A stretch of 64,000 nucleotides of DNA from a virus: positions 4,429-68,428 of IMG/VR virus record IMGVR_UViG_3300025645_000061. One strand, given 5' to 3'. The position numbers and the translations under genes were made by a program. Position 1 is the stretch's first letter, and each line of letters starts with the position of its first letter. Positions 31,000 to 40,554 of the stretch are shown one piece after another. The notes under the pieces were generated by a model, which worked only from the letters and a program-made list of their open reading frames with translations, was not told the origin of the DNA and searched no databases.

Positions 31000-31202
31000 T
31001 GGCAAAAATAGATATACGAGAAATTGATGAAGATGAAGAAATTACAGAGATTTACTTTACAGATGATGAATATTTGAGTATACTAGAGTCTAACGTATTC
31101 TATGTACATTCAGATGGTAAGAAGATTCCAATATTCCTAGAGTCCATACCTAATATGATTGTAGCTCTTGAACATGCTAAAGCCATATGGGAGGAGCATT
31201 AG
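30999..31202 (+). CDS. Small acidic protein, paralog of 47700..47903
   Basis: MAxxDIR...IxFxD...IxALxxA..W shared pattern. Confidence 0.6.
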   Translation: MAKIDIREIDEDEEITEIYFTDDEYLSILESNVFYVHSDGKKIPIFLESIPNMIVALEHAKAIWEEH

Positions 31203-31393
31203 TGAGTGATTACAGGGTATTCATGAAGACCTTAAAGGGTCGTACAAGGGTTATAGCTCTTACAGGGTGTGGTACTATAGAGGACACTATGCAGTACGTT
31301 AAAGAACACAGGAAAGACCTAGAAGACGCTATAGGAGCACCATTAAAAGCTAAATCACCAGTGCTAATTGAGATTGTTGGTGGTAAGAGTTAA
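31202..31393 (+). CDS. Hypothetical protein
   Basis: GTG start after GGAGG. Confidence 0.55.
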   Translation: MSDYRVFMKTLKGRTRVIALTGCGTIEDTMQYVKEHRKDLEDAIGAPLKAKSPVLIEIVGGKS

Positions 31394-31588
31394 AAAGACT
31401 TTTAATAACTTGAGGATATCAGGTTGTTTAAAGAAGACCTTAATAATCATGAGGTTATTGGGGAAAAAGAGAGTAGAAGAAGAGTAGACCCATAAACTAC
31501 TGAAGCTTATTGCTTACTAGGGTAGATAAGAGGGTGTTAATCAGGAATCTATTAAGAAATCTAACAGGAAAATGAGAGGTATTTTTAT

Positions 31589-32239
31589 ATGACTAATACA
31601 GCAAAGATTGAACTAGCAAAAGAACAACCAGTAATGGGTACACACGGGCAAGGTGTTAAGTTTAAAATTACAAACGCTACTGTGATGTATGTAAAGAATG
31701 TAGGTTATGGCGCACTTAAGTTTGGTGAAAAGGAGGTTGAAGATAAACCTTGGGTTAATCATCAATACGAAATGGACATTCTAATTTCTCCAGAGATTAA
31801 GAAAGTTCTTCGTGAAGCTCACAAACCAACTAGTATCAAAGAGTTTACAGCAGAGGAGTTCAAAAAAACCTTTAAGATTGATCCCCCTTTTGAATCTGAT
31901 GAATATATTGTTACTAAGTTCTATAAAGAAGCTTATTGGAAAAGTGGCTCTAGTAAGGGTGACGTAGCTCCTAGAATTGACTTTAAAAAGATGGGAACAG
32001 GAGAAGACCTTAAGGAAGTCGGTATTGGTAATGGTTCGGTTGCAAGCTTCCTTGTTGAAGTTAAGCCTTACAAAAATGACTTTGGTACAGGAACTTCTGC
32101 ACGACTAGGTTCAGTGTATGTAACTGATCTGGTTCCTTATGCAGTTGGTGGTAGTAACGATGACGCAGAGTTCGGCATGACTGCTCCTCCAGAAGAAAAA
32201 TCCTCTGGTGGTGATGATGACGAGTGGGATGATGCGTAA
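31589..32239 (+). CDS. Single-stranded DNA-binding protein (T7 gp2.5-like)
   Basis: IGNGS motif, acidic aromatic tail DDDEWDDA, replication context. Confidence 0.75.
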   Translation: MTNTAKIELAKEQPVMGTHGQGVKFKITNATVMYVKNVGYGALKFGEKEVEDKPWVNHQYEMDILISPEIKKVLREAHKPTSIKEFTAEEFKKTFKIDPPFESDEYIVTKFYKEAYWKSGSSKGDVAPRIDFKKMGTGEDLKEVGIGNGSVASFLVEVKPYKNDFGTGTSARLGSVYVTDLVPYAVGGSNDDAEFGMTAPPEEKSSGGDDDEWDDA

Positions 32240-32257
32240 GACATAGAGTAAAAACGG

Positions 32258-32298
32258 AAACCCTACATAAGGTATATACTTTGTGTGGGGTTTTCTTT
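32258..32298 (+). terminator. Intrinsic terminator after SSB
   Basis: AAACCCTACATAAG...CTTTGTGTGGGGTTTT hairpin. Confidence 0.7.
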
Positions 32299-32319
32299 CC
32301 TATAAAATAAGGTAATTAC

Positions 32320-33297
32320 ATGAATAAAATATATGATCCCGAATATGGGTTCTTTGATGCTGATCCAATTGTTTACAGAGCTGGCTTTTCTTCACAAAAG
32401 ACTAAGTATTTCTATAGAGACCAAAAGGGAGAGATAGTAAGCCCCTTGATTTCTTCTGCAAAAGAAGCTAAAGTCTGGTTACAAGATCAGGAAGAGTTCG
32501 ATCTGGATGTATCTCAATATACTAGAGAGAAAACTATAGAACATCTTTCTGAGGCAAAAGCACTAAAGAAACTAGATGATATTATTAAAGAATACCGTAA
32601 AATGGCTGGGCCTAGTGTTAAACACTTTAAAGGTTTCTTAACTCCATCAGGGGATAAGCACAAAGCTATTAAAGGTATTGAAGATGAATACCAAATGTCA
32701 AGGATTAACACTCCTAAACCAAAACACCATGAAGCCTTGAAAGCATATGCAGCTTCTAAAGATTTTATTATCACAAGTCCACTTGGATTTGAAGCTGATG
32801 AATTACTTATTCACAATGCTGAACAAAAAGGTGCTAATGGTGTAGTAATAAGTATTGACAAAGATATGTGTATAGCGGAAGATACATGGGTTATTCATGT
32901 CCAGAAAGATGGTTCAGGAAAACCAGTGTGGAATACCTCTCTAGGACATTTAGAGTTATATCAAAAAGGGACTGACGTTAAAGGAGTAGGTGGAGGTTTT
33001 AAGTTTTTAGCTTACCAAGCTGTAGCTGGAGATAGAAGCGATCATTACTTTGGAATCAAAGGAGTTGGTGCGGTCACAGTAGTAAACCTTATTAAGGACT
33101 GTGAGACCCACTCAGAGGTCGTAGAAGCCTGTTTAGAGCTGTATACGGATACCTTTGGTGAATCGTATAGCTTTACCTCTTGGGACGGTCAGGAGATGAT
33201 TAAGACCCCTCTGGAGATGCTTCAGATGCACTTCTTATTACCTTATATGGACAGAGGCCCAAAAGACCCCGGTTTTGATATTATGAAGTATTTATAA
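32320..33297 (+). CDS. 5'-3' exonuclease (T7 gp6/FEN family)
   Basis: DAD, EADE, SIDKD and GDRSDHYFGIKGVG motifs. Confidence 0.88.
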   Translation: MNKIYDPEYGFFDADPIVYRAGFSSQKTKYFYRDQKGEIVSPLISSAKEAKVWLQDQEEFDLDVSQYTREKTIEHLSEAKALKKLDDIIKEYRKMAGPSVKHFKGFLTPSGDKHKAIKGIEDEYQMSRINTPKPKHHEALKAYAASKDFIITSPLGFEADELLIHNAEQKGANGVVISIDKDMCIAEDTWVIHVQKDGSGKPVWNTSLGHLELYQKGTDVKGVGGGFKFLAYQAVAGDRSDHYFGIKGVGAVTVVNLIKDCETHSEVVEACLELYTDTFGESYSFTSWDGQEMIKTPLEMLQMHFLLPYMDRGPKDPGFDIMKYL

Positions 33298-33321
33298 TGG
33301 AGATAACACAGGAGTATCTAT

Positions 33322-35202
33322 TTGAGAGTTAATACTAATAAACAAGAGCTAGAAGATGGAGTTGTAATTGATAAAGACTTTGCCTGTATCTTAAAGGGGT
33401 GTGAAAGCTCCGATGCAGGAAGCCTCTGGAAACATTCAGATGGTAGAGTTAATTATCATTGCTTCTCCTGTGGAGGTAAGATATACTCAGTTGATCCAGA
33501 TACAATGGAGCGTAAACAAACAGATAAATATGTGGAGGAAGAAATAAATATGGAGGACGTAGATGTAATCACGAAGGAATTCGACAGTGACAGTTTGAAA
33601 ACTCGTAGGATCAAGAAAGAAATTGTAGAAATGTATGAAGTGAAAGTAGGCTATGATGACAATGGTAATCAGGATGCTCACTTCTACCCTACAAAGGTTG
33701 AAGGGAAGACAGTTGGGTACTCTAAAAGAGAAACATATCAAGAGTGGGATAAGAAGGTACAAAAGAAGCCTGAACTACTTGGTGTTATGAAAAAATTCTC
33801 TACAGTAGGTTATGCTAAGACAGATGTAGACTTGTTTGGGCAACACTTATACCCAGCAGTTAGAGGTTCTAATGGTTTCAAGACCAGAATATTAGTTACA
33901 GAAGGTCAAGAAGATGCTCTAGCTGGTTGTGCTATGATAGCTCATAAGGGTAAGAATATAGAACACTACCCTTTTGTGTCTGTTGTAGGAGGTACTGAAG
34001 GCGGTATTAGGAACCTTAAATCTAACCTTAAATATGTATCAACCTTCGATGAAATATACTTATGTGTCGATAATGATGATGCAGGAAAGAAATTCGAAGA
34101 GGAAGCTTGTAAAGTTCTTCCTGTAGGCAAGGTAAAGATTGTAAGAGTTAATCCTAAATATGGTAAGGATTTCAGTGACCTATGGAATAAAGACTCTGCT
34201 TCTGAACGTGAAAGAGGCTGTGATATGTTCTGGAATAGCCTCTGGAATGCTGAATCTTATAGTCCAGCAGGGATTAAATCTTTATCTGAAGGTTGGGAAG
34301 ACTATATCCACCGTGGTGAAGACCCACTAATTCCTTTTCCAGATAGCTTTGGAGACCTTAATGCGGCTACTTGTGGAGGTTATGGAGCTGATGGAGAGAT
34401 TATTAATATCGCTGCACCATCTTCAGTAGGGAAGTCTTTATTCACTAAGGAAATGATTTATACAGCACTAAAAACTACAGAGCGTGTTATCGGTGTTATC
34501 TCTCTTGAAGAAACCTTACCAGAGTTTCTAGAGGGCATGTTGAGTATTCATATGAGTACACAGCTTAATGAGATTCCTTTTGATGAACGTGATAGAGTTA
34601 CTGAACGTGCTAAGTTTGATGAACTTCTAGCTATCAATAATGAAGGTGGAGCTGACCGTATACACTTCTTAGATGATCCCGGTGCTTGTAAGGGTGAAGA
34701 CGATTTATGGGATAAAGTTGATTTCTTGATTAAAGGGTTAGATTGTTCCATCATAGTGCTTGATCCAGTTACACTAGCCTTATCATTGGGACTAGATGAA
34801 GACGAGTATAACGCTACACTGGTTAAGAAGGTTAAGCGTCATAAACTTGCTTGGATTAATGTACACCACGTTCGTAAGAATGGTGGAGGCGGTACAGCTA
34901 ACTCTGAGGGTGCTGATTTAGCAGAAGAAGATATTAAAGGGTCTGGTTCACACTTCCAGACAGGAATGATTAATATCATATTAACTCGTAATAAGGTTCA
35001 TGATAATCAAATTGTTAAGAATACCACTAAGATTAAAATGCCTAAATGTAGAAGGCATGGAAAGAACACTGGTGTTGTAGGTTACGCATTCTATAATGGA
35101 GATACTGGTAGGTTAGAAAAAGGTATAGACCCTTCTGATATACTTGAAATGGAAGCAAGTAATGTTAACAATGAAGATGAAGCTGAATGGGAGGTAAAGT
35201 GA
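33322..35202 (+). CDS. Primase-helicase (T7 gp4-like)
   Basis: Zn finger C..C/CFSC, TOPRIM TEGQED and DNDDAG, helicase APSSVGKS, SLEE and DIKGSG. Confidence 0.92.
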   Translation: MRVNTNKQELEDGVVIDKDFACILKGCESSDAGSLWKHSDGRVNYHCFSCGGKIYSVDPDTMERKQTDKYVEEEINMEDVDVITKEFDSDSLKTRRIKKEIVEMYEVKVGYDDNGNQDAHFYPTKVEGKTVGYSKRETYQEWDKKVQKKPELLGVMKKFSTVGYAKTDVDLFGQHLYPAVRGSNGFKTRILVTEGQEDALAGCAMIAHKGKNIEHYPFVSVVGGTEGGIRNLKSNLKYVSTFDEIYLCVDNDDAGKKFEEEACKVLPVGKVKIVRVNPKYGKDFSDLWNKDSASERERGCDMFWNSLWNAESYSPAGIKSLSEGWEDYIHRGEDPLIPFPDSFGDLNAATCGGYGADGEIINIAAPSSVGKSLFTKEMIYTALKTTERVIGVISLEETLPEFLEGMLSIHMSTQLNEIPFDERDRVTERAKFDELLAINNEGGADRIHFLDDPGACKGEDDLWDKVDFLIKGLDCSIIVLDPVTLALSLGLDEDEYNATLVKKVKRHKLAWINVHHVRKNGGGGTANSEGADLAEEDIKGSGSHFQTGMINIILTRNKVHDNQIVKNTTKIKMPKCRRHGKNTGVVGYAFYNGDTGRLEKGIDPSDILEMEASNVNNEDEAEWEVK

Positions 35203-35705
35203 TGTCTTTCGTGGAGGTAGAATTAACTGAGGAGATGAAGACTAAAGCTAGAGGTTTAGCTACTGAACTTGGAAAGTTAAATAATAGTATTACCAGTGGG
35301 GATGGAAATCTTGCAGGTTTTTACGGAGAGGTTGCAGTTGCGTATTACTTCTCTAAAAAGGGCTGTGAAGTTTCCCACTCTAATACTTATGACTATGATT
35401 TAATAGTTGATGGAAAAACTATTGATGTTAAAACCAAGCGTTGCAAATCACCACCAAAACCTACTTATGATTGTTCGGTAGCTAACTTTAACACAACCCA
35501 AAAATGTGACTACTATCTGTTTACTAGGGTTATGAATGATACCGTGTACCTTCTTGGGAACATCCACAAGGAAAGATTTAGGACTGAGAGTGTTTTTCAT
35601 AAGAAAGGGGAAACAGATTCTAATATTGTAGGAGGTAAACCTTTTAGGTTTCATGCAGATTGTTGGAATATCCGTATAGACCAATTAAAAACCTTTAATA
35701 AGTAG
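35202..35705 (+). CDS. PD-(D/E)xK-fold nuclease-like protein
   Basis: GEVA...YDL...IDVKT motif. Confidence 0.6.
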   Translation: MSFVEVELTEEMKTKARGLATELGKLNNSITSGDGNLAGFYGEVAVAYYFSKKGCEVSHSNTYDYDLIVDGKTIDVKTKRCKSPPKPTYDCSVANFNTTQKCDYYLFTRVMNDTVYLLGNIHKERFRTESVFHKKGETDSNIVGGKPFRFHADCWNIRIDQLKTFNK

Positions 35706-35767
35706 TTGACTTTGAACTGGAGGTGTCTTATGATGCTTCCAGTTTATTTTTATAGGAGGATATTAAA

Positions 35768-36409
35768 TTGAACATTAAAGAACAAAAACTAGCAGCGGAT
35801 ATCATTCTGGAAAAGCTAGAGTTAGCAGACCCACATGCAATATTAGCTGGTGGTGCCCCAAGAGATTGGTATATGGGTAAAGAGTGTAACGATTTAGATT
35901 TCTATGTTTACTTGAACCCTAAGAACACTACAGAAACTAATTTCCACCAGCTACAAGGTGTTCTTGCACAAATAGGAATATTGGATTTAGAGAATATCTC
36001 TTATGAAAGTATGACCGATGAAAAGGGTGCATACTCTTGTATGGAACATCTTAGGACTGTACTTGAGGGAACATATTACATAGATGAAGATACCCCCGTT
36101 AAGGTTCAAGTGATGATTATGTATTCTCCTACTTTCGATTGTGTAGTGGATAAGATGGGATGTTCATTATCTCGTATCTGGTATAAAAACGGTAAGATCA
36201 CTCCTACTTTTGATTTTCTCTTTACTTTAGAGCATAAGATAATGTATTATGTAGATGATATGACTTTTAAAGAGACTTATGCAATTAAGATGAAAGATAG
36301 ATTTAAAGATTATAGGTTTAAACCTTACAAGTCTTTCGAGAAGGATTATGAGAGAGTGTCGATTCAGTATTACATGGCATTCCTAACTAACGGTATTACA
36401 GGAGGTTAA
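35768..36409 (+). CDS. Nucleotidyltransferase (CCA/poly(A) polymerase head-like)
   Basis: AGGAPRD...DLDF catalytic motif. Confidence 0.8.
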   Translation: MNIKEQKLAADIILEKLELADPHAILAGGAPRDWYMGKECNDLDFYVYLNPKNTTETNFHQLQGVLAQIGILDLENISYESMTDEKGAYSCMEHLRTVLEGTYYIDEDTPVKVQVMIMYSPTFDCVVDKMGCSLSRIWYKNGKITPTFDFLFTLEHKIMYYVDDMTFKETYAIKMKDRFKDYRFKPYKSFEKDYERVSIQYYMAFLTNGITGG

Positions 36410-36410
36410 T

Positions 36411-36585
36411 ATGATTAGAGTTCAAATTAATGGTGTCTGGTTTACATCAGATTACTTTGTTTGTTACTCACGGTATATTCTCGAAGGGTATAGAAGTATT
36501 TGATAATTTAATCGATGAAGTGTGGACAACTGATTCTTTTAGTAGTAAAGTAACACACTCTAAACTTAAGATTGTTAAACTGTAG
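36411..36585 (+). pseudogene. Small gene split by a 4-bp TGTT duplication
   Basis: GGAGG-ATG MIRVQINGVWFTSDYFV; deleting one TGTT (36458-36465) restores THGIFSKG...KIVKL*. Confidence 0.5.
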
Positions 36586-36597
36586 GAGAGATTAAAT

Positions 36598-37119
36598 ATG
36601 ACAATAGCAAGGGAAAAAGGTATAAAGTACAAAGTAGGTTGTTTAATTGAAGCTGCCCAAAAGGGAGAGGTTTACTTCATAGCACACCAATGCAATTGTT
36701 TCAATGCAATGGGAGCTGGTATTGCACCTTTAATTGCTAAAGCTTTCCCTGCTGCTCAAGAAGTAGACAATGAAACAATTAAGGGTGATATCAGAAAACT
36801 TGGACACTTTACTCACGCTTTAACTTGTGAGGAAGAAAACGAAGACCGGAACGGGTATACTCCAGAGGTTTATAACCTATACGGACAGTACGCTCCCTCT
36901 TCAAAAACAACTGCCACTGACTACCTTTGCCTTAGACAGGCTCTTAGGGGAATGGCCTTTAGCATCACAGGGTATCAAATGAAAGTTGGTTTACCTAAAA
37001 TTGGTGCTGGACTTGGTGGTGGTGATTGGAGTATAATCTCTAAAATCATCGAGGAAGAACTTGGTGAGTTTGATGTAACAATCTATGTACTTGATGAAAA
37101 GGAGATTCCTAGTGCGTAA
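36598..37119 (+). CDS. Macro domain ADP-ribose hydrolase
   Basis: AHQCNCFNAMGAGIA, NLYGQ and LPKIGAGLGGGDW motifs. Confidence 0.9.
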   Translation: MTIAREKGIKYKVGCLIEAAQKGEVYFIAHQCNCFNAMGAGIAPLIAKAFPAAQEVDNETIKGDIRKLGHFTHALTCEEENEDRNGYTPEVYNLYGQYAPSSKTTATDYLCLRQALRGMAFSITGYQMKVGLPKIGAGLGGGDWSIISKIIEEELGEFDVTIYVLDEKEIPSA

Positions 37120-37216
37120 ATTAGATCGTAAATATATTCCAGCGGCTATTGCTAAAGCTGCAAGTAGGTGGTATACTACTTACATCAATAAAGTATAACA
37201 ATAGGGGACTGATAAT

Positions 37217-37411
37217 ATGGAAGAAGCAACTTGGGAAGTAACAGAAAACGATAGAATTATAGCTAGGGATGGGGTAGAGTTGCAATTTAGGTCTTTGAAC
37301 ATTGAAGAATTTATCAACAATGAAGTAGAAGTTATTGCATCACTACACGCTCAAACTAGGTTTCTACAGAATACACTTAATAGTATGATAGAGGAGAAAG
37401 TTACTTTATGA
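37217..37411 (+). CDS. Hypothetical protein
   Basis: AGGGG RBS; coupled to the polymerase gene. Confidence 0.55.
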   Translation: MEEATWEVTENDRIIARDGVELQFRSLNIEEFINNEVEVIASLHAQTRFLQNTLNSMIEEKVTL

Positions 37412-39675
37412 TTGTCGATTTCAAAAACAGTATTGTAGTATTTGATACAGAAGCAGATAATTTACTTCTAAAGGTAAAGAATATGTGGTGTATCTATATT
37501 ATTGATGTTGAGACAAGGAAGGGTTATCTCTTCCATGACTACCCTGAATTCGATAATGAGGTTGTCACTGATGAAGGAAAAGAGTACACTATCCCTGTTC
37601 GTACTGGAACTCTGAAGGAAGGAGCTATATCCTTATACAAAGCTAAAAAGATTATTGCTCATAATATACTTGGGTATGATTTGTTTTTATTGAATATGTT
37701 CTTTCCTCAGTTTAAGGTTGACAAAGCTTTACCTAAATGTTGGGACACACTTATTCAATCTAAGGTTCAGCAGTATGACAGGAGACCTGTTAAAGGTTAC
37801 AAGGGTATTCACGGTTTAGAAGTTTGGGGTGGTAGGCTCGGACATAAGAAACCTAAAGTTACTGATTGGTCATTTATTGATGCTTTCAAACTTCACAGGT
37901 GTATTGTGGATGTGGGTATTAACCTTGAAGTTTACCTTAAACTTGAGAAGGACAAAGAGTTAGCTTGGATACACAAGAAGGTTGACTTTACAGAGGGTCT
38001 TATTCATGACCATACATACAGGTTTAACGCTACTTATCAAGAGCTTAGAGGTTCTGCCTTTGATTCTGAATCTGCAAGAGATTGTGTGGTTGAACTTGAT
38101 AAATTTATTGAAGACCTCAATTATGAACTTGAGCCTTTACTTCCTCCAACTATTAAGATAGTATCGCAGAAATGTACTTGGGAGGTTGTAGGTAAAGCTT
38201 TAGGTTGGACAAAATGGCCTCAAACTAAGAAAGAGTTTAGAGAACGTCTTGGGGTTGTCAAGGAGTACGATCTAAAACCGGCTGCTAAACCTACTACTAA
38301 GTTAACAGTAGCTACAGGGAATTACTCAGCTAAGTTAGCAGAATACTTCGATATAGACCCTAAGAGTGCTAAAACTACTAGGGTGGTTGATGGAGCTTTT
38401 AGTAAGGTAGCTTTCATACCCTCTAAGATGACTCAGGTTGAGGTTGTGAAGGATTACCTTCTTAAGTTTTGTGAGTGGGTTCCTACAGAGTATAACTACA
38501 AGAAGGATAAAGATGGTAAATTTGAAAGGGACGACAACTACAATCTTATAAAGACTTCTCCAAAGCTTACTGAGGACAGTTATGCTAGTATAAAAGGGGG
38601 TATTGGTAAAAGTATTGCAGAGTATAACTCTTACAACCACCGTAGACGCTTCCTTGAGAACAGTAAGGATGATGAAAAAGGTTTATTGAATTTGGTCAGG
38701 GAAGATGGTAGAATACCTTGTGGGATAAATGTCTTTGGTACAGCTACAGGGCGTAGTTCTCAATATGGTTGGGTAAATGCTCCCGGCCCCGGTGCTCTAT
38801 ATGGTAAACAGATTCGTAAGTTGATTGTTGCACCAGAAGGGCGTATACTTGTTGGGGCTGATATGAAGTCTGCACAGTTGAGTATTGCAGGGTATTATGC
38901 TAGGAACAAAGAGTACCTAGATGCTGTCCTAGATGGTCAAGAGTTTAAACTAGATGACAGTGGTAATGAGGTCATGCACCCAACTACAGGGAAACCTTGG
39001 TATGTTGGTGAGTCTGGACACTGTGTTAATGCTAGGGCTTTTGGATTAGTTACTGATGAACAATGGAAAAGAGCTGTAGAAACTCAAGATCAAGAGTTAA
39101 TTGAGTGGATCGGTACTCAAAGGAAATTATCTAAAGGTGGAAGTTTTGCTACTATCTTTGGGGCATCAGGTAAGAAGGTTGCAACTACGTTAGGTATTCC
39201 TGAGAAGAAGGGTAATGCCGCTAGAGAGAAGTTCCTTGGGGATATTGGTCTTGATGAACCTATTGAGATACTTGCCCAAATGACTAAAGAGAAAGTTCAT
39301 GGTGCAGGAGCTTTCATAGAATTACCTTTTGGGTATTGGGCATGGTGTAAATCACCACACAAATACTTTAACTACTTAGATCAGGGTACAGAAGCTGCTT
39401 GTCAGAAGGTAGCAGTTAACTACTTTGAACAGGAGTATAGAGCTAGAGGATTAGATTGTTATAAAATACTTGACGTTCATGATGAATTCATGGTAGAATC
39501 TGATCTAGGATGTAAGCATGAGGTAGGAGCATTAATGTGTGAAAGCTACAAGTTTGCTTCTGATGAATGTTTTGAGTGGCACAAAAAGCACAGTAGGTAT
39601 TTCAAGAATTTAGAATTCCCGTTCAATTTGGATGGTGGCTATAAGTTAGGGAAGAACTATTACGAGGTACATTGA
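37408..39675 (+). CDS. Family A DNA polymerase with 3'-5' exonuclease (T7 gp5-like)
   Basis: Exo FDTEAD and HNILGYD; TATGR; motif A ADMKSAQ; motif B RKLSKGGSFATIFG; motif C VHDE. Confidence 0.95.
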   Translation: MIVDFKNSIVVFDTEADNLLLKVKNMWCIYIIDVETRKGYLFHDYPEFDNEVVTDEGKEYTIPVRTGTLKEGAISLYKAKKIIAHNILGYDLFLLNMFFPQFKVDKALPKCWDTLIQSKVQQYDRRPVKGYKGIHGLEVWGGRLGHKKPKVTDWSFIDAFKLHRCIVDVGINLEVYLKLEKDKELAWIHKKVDFTEGLIHDHTYRFNATYQELRGSAFDSESARDCVVELDKFIEDLNYELEPLLPPTIKIVSQKCTWEVVGKALGWTKWPQTKKEFRERLGVVKEYDLKPAAKPTTKLTVATGNYSAKLAEYFDIDPKSAKTTRVVDGAFSKVAFIPSKMTQVEVVKDYLLKFCEWVPTEYNYKKDKDGKFERDDNYNLIKTSPKLTEDSYASIKGGIGKSIAEYNSYNHRRRFLENSKDDEKGLLNLVREDGRIPCGINVFGTATGRSSQYGWVNAPGPGALYGKQIRKLIVAPEGRILVGADMKSAQLSIAGYYARNKEYLDAVLDGQEFKLDDSGNEVMHPTTGKPWYVGESGHCVNARAFGLVTDEQWKRAVETQDQELIEWIGTQRKLSKGGSFATIFGASGKKVATTLGIPEKKGNAAREKFLGDIGLDEPIEILAQMTKEKVHGAGAFIELPFGYWAWCKSPHKYFNYLDQGTEAACQKVAVNYFEQEYRARGLDCYKILDVHDEFMVESDLGCKHEVGALMCESYKFASDECFEWHKKHSRYFKNLEFPFNLDGGYKLGKNYYEVH

Positions 39676-39700
39676 TAATAACAACAATTAGGGAGGTTTT

Positions 39701-40324
39701 ATGCAAAGAAAAATGAGTGATAGTTATATGGAGCATATTAAAGATAATCCTGTACAGATATATTGTGTAGAGAAATCAACTAGAGAAATACACATTAATT
39801 TAAACACAGAGATTACTGAGCCATATCAGTATGGAGACTTAAACCAAAACTTACGAAGTCTTTCTGGAGAAGACGTAGTTTACTTGCACATTAATTCTCC
39901 CGGTGGTAGACTTGACTCTACCTTAGAATTGATACATAACATACAACAATGTAAAGCTGAAGTAGTTGGTTGTCTAGGAGCAGAAGCTAACTCAGCAGGA
40001 GGTATGATCTTTTTAGTATGTGATTCTTGGGAGATTCACGATCTTAGTACAATGATGGTTCATATAGCCTCTGGAGGAGCCACTGGAACCCTTCCGAACA
40101 TGGTTAATAGTACCGACCACCTAAGAGAGTTATCAGCAAGAGTCTTTGAGAAATTCTATAAAGGGTTTTTATCTGATGAAGAAATTGAAGACTTTATGAA
40201 GGGAAAACCAGATATGTACCTATTTGCAGAAGAAATTGCAGAAAGATTACAGTATTTACAAGAACACCGTATTGAATTAATAGAAAGAGCACAGGAGGAA
40301 TTTGAAAATGCAGACGATGAATAA
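39701..40324 (+). CDS. ClpP-like protease
   Basis: HINSPGG, ANSAG (catalytic Ser) and MMVH motifs. Confidence 0.85.
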   Translation: MQRKMSDSYMEHIKDNPVQIYCVEKSTREIHINLNTEITEPYQYGDLNQNLRSLSGEDVVYLHINSPGGRLDSTLELIHNIQQCKAEVVGCLGAEANSAGGMIFLVCDSWEIHDLSTMMVHIASGGATGTLPNMVNSTDHLRELSARVFEKFYKGFLSDEEIEDFMKGKPDMYLFAEEIAERLQYLQEHRIELIERAQEEFENADDE

Positions 40325-40541
40325 AACTTTAGCACTACAATTACAACAAATCACAGGGATTGACCAGCAGGATGTTTTATCTAGAAAAATCCAATGGGCT
40401 AGTCTGTCAACTAGACGTTCTGAATTTCTATCTAATTTAGAGAAGGCTTTACTCCGTGATGGTTTTGTAGTAGGCACTAAAAAACGTAGTAAGGCTTATA
40501 GTGATTCTGTAGTAGCTTACGACAAAAAAGTTAATAGTTGA
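40317..40541 (+). CDS. Hypothetical protein
   Basis: Coupled ORF; start codon uncertain. Confidence 0.5.
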   Translation: MNKTLALQLQQITGIDQQDVLSRKIQWASLSTRRSEFLSNLEKALLRDGFVVGTKKRSKAYSDSVVAYDKKVNS

Positions 40542-40554
40542 ATAGGAGGTATTA

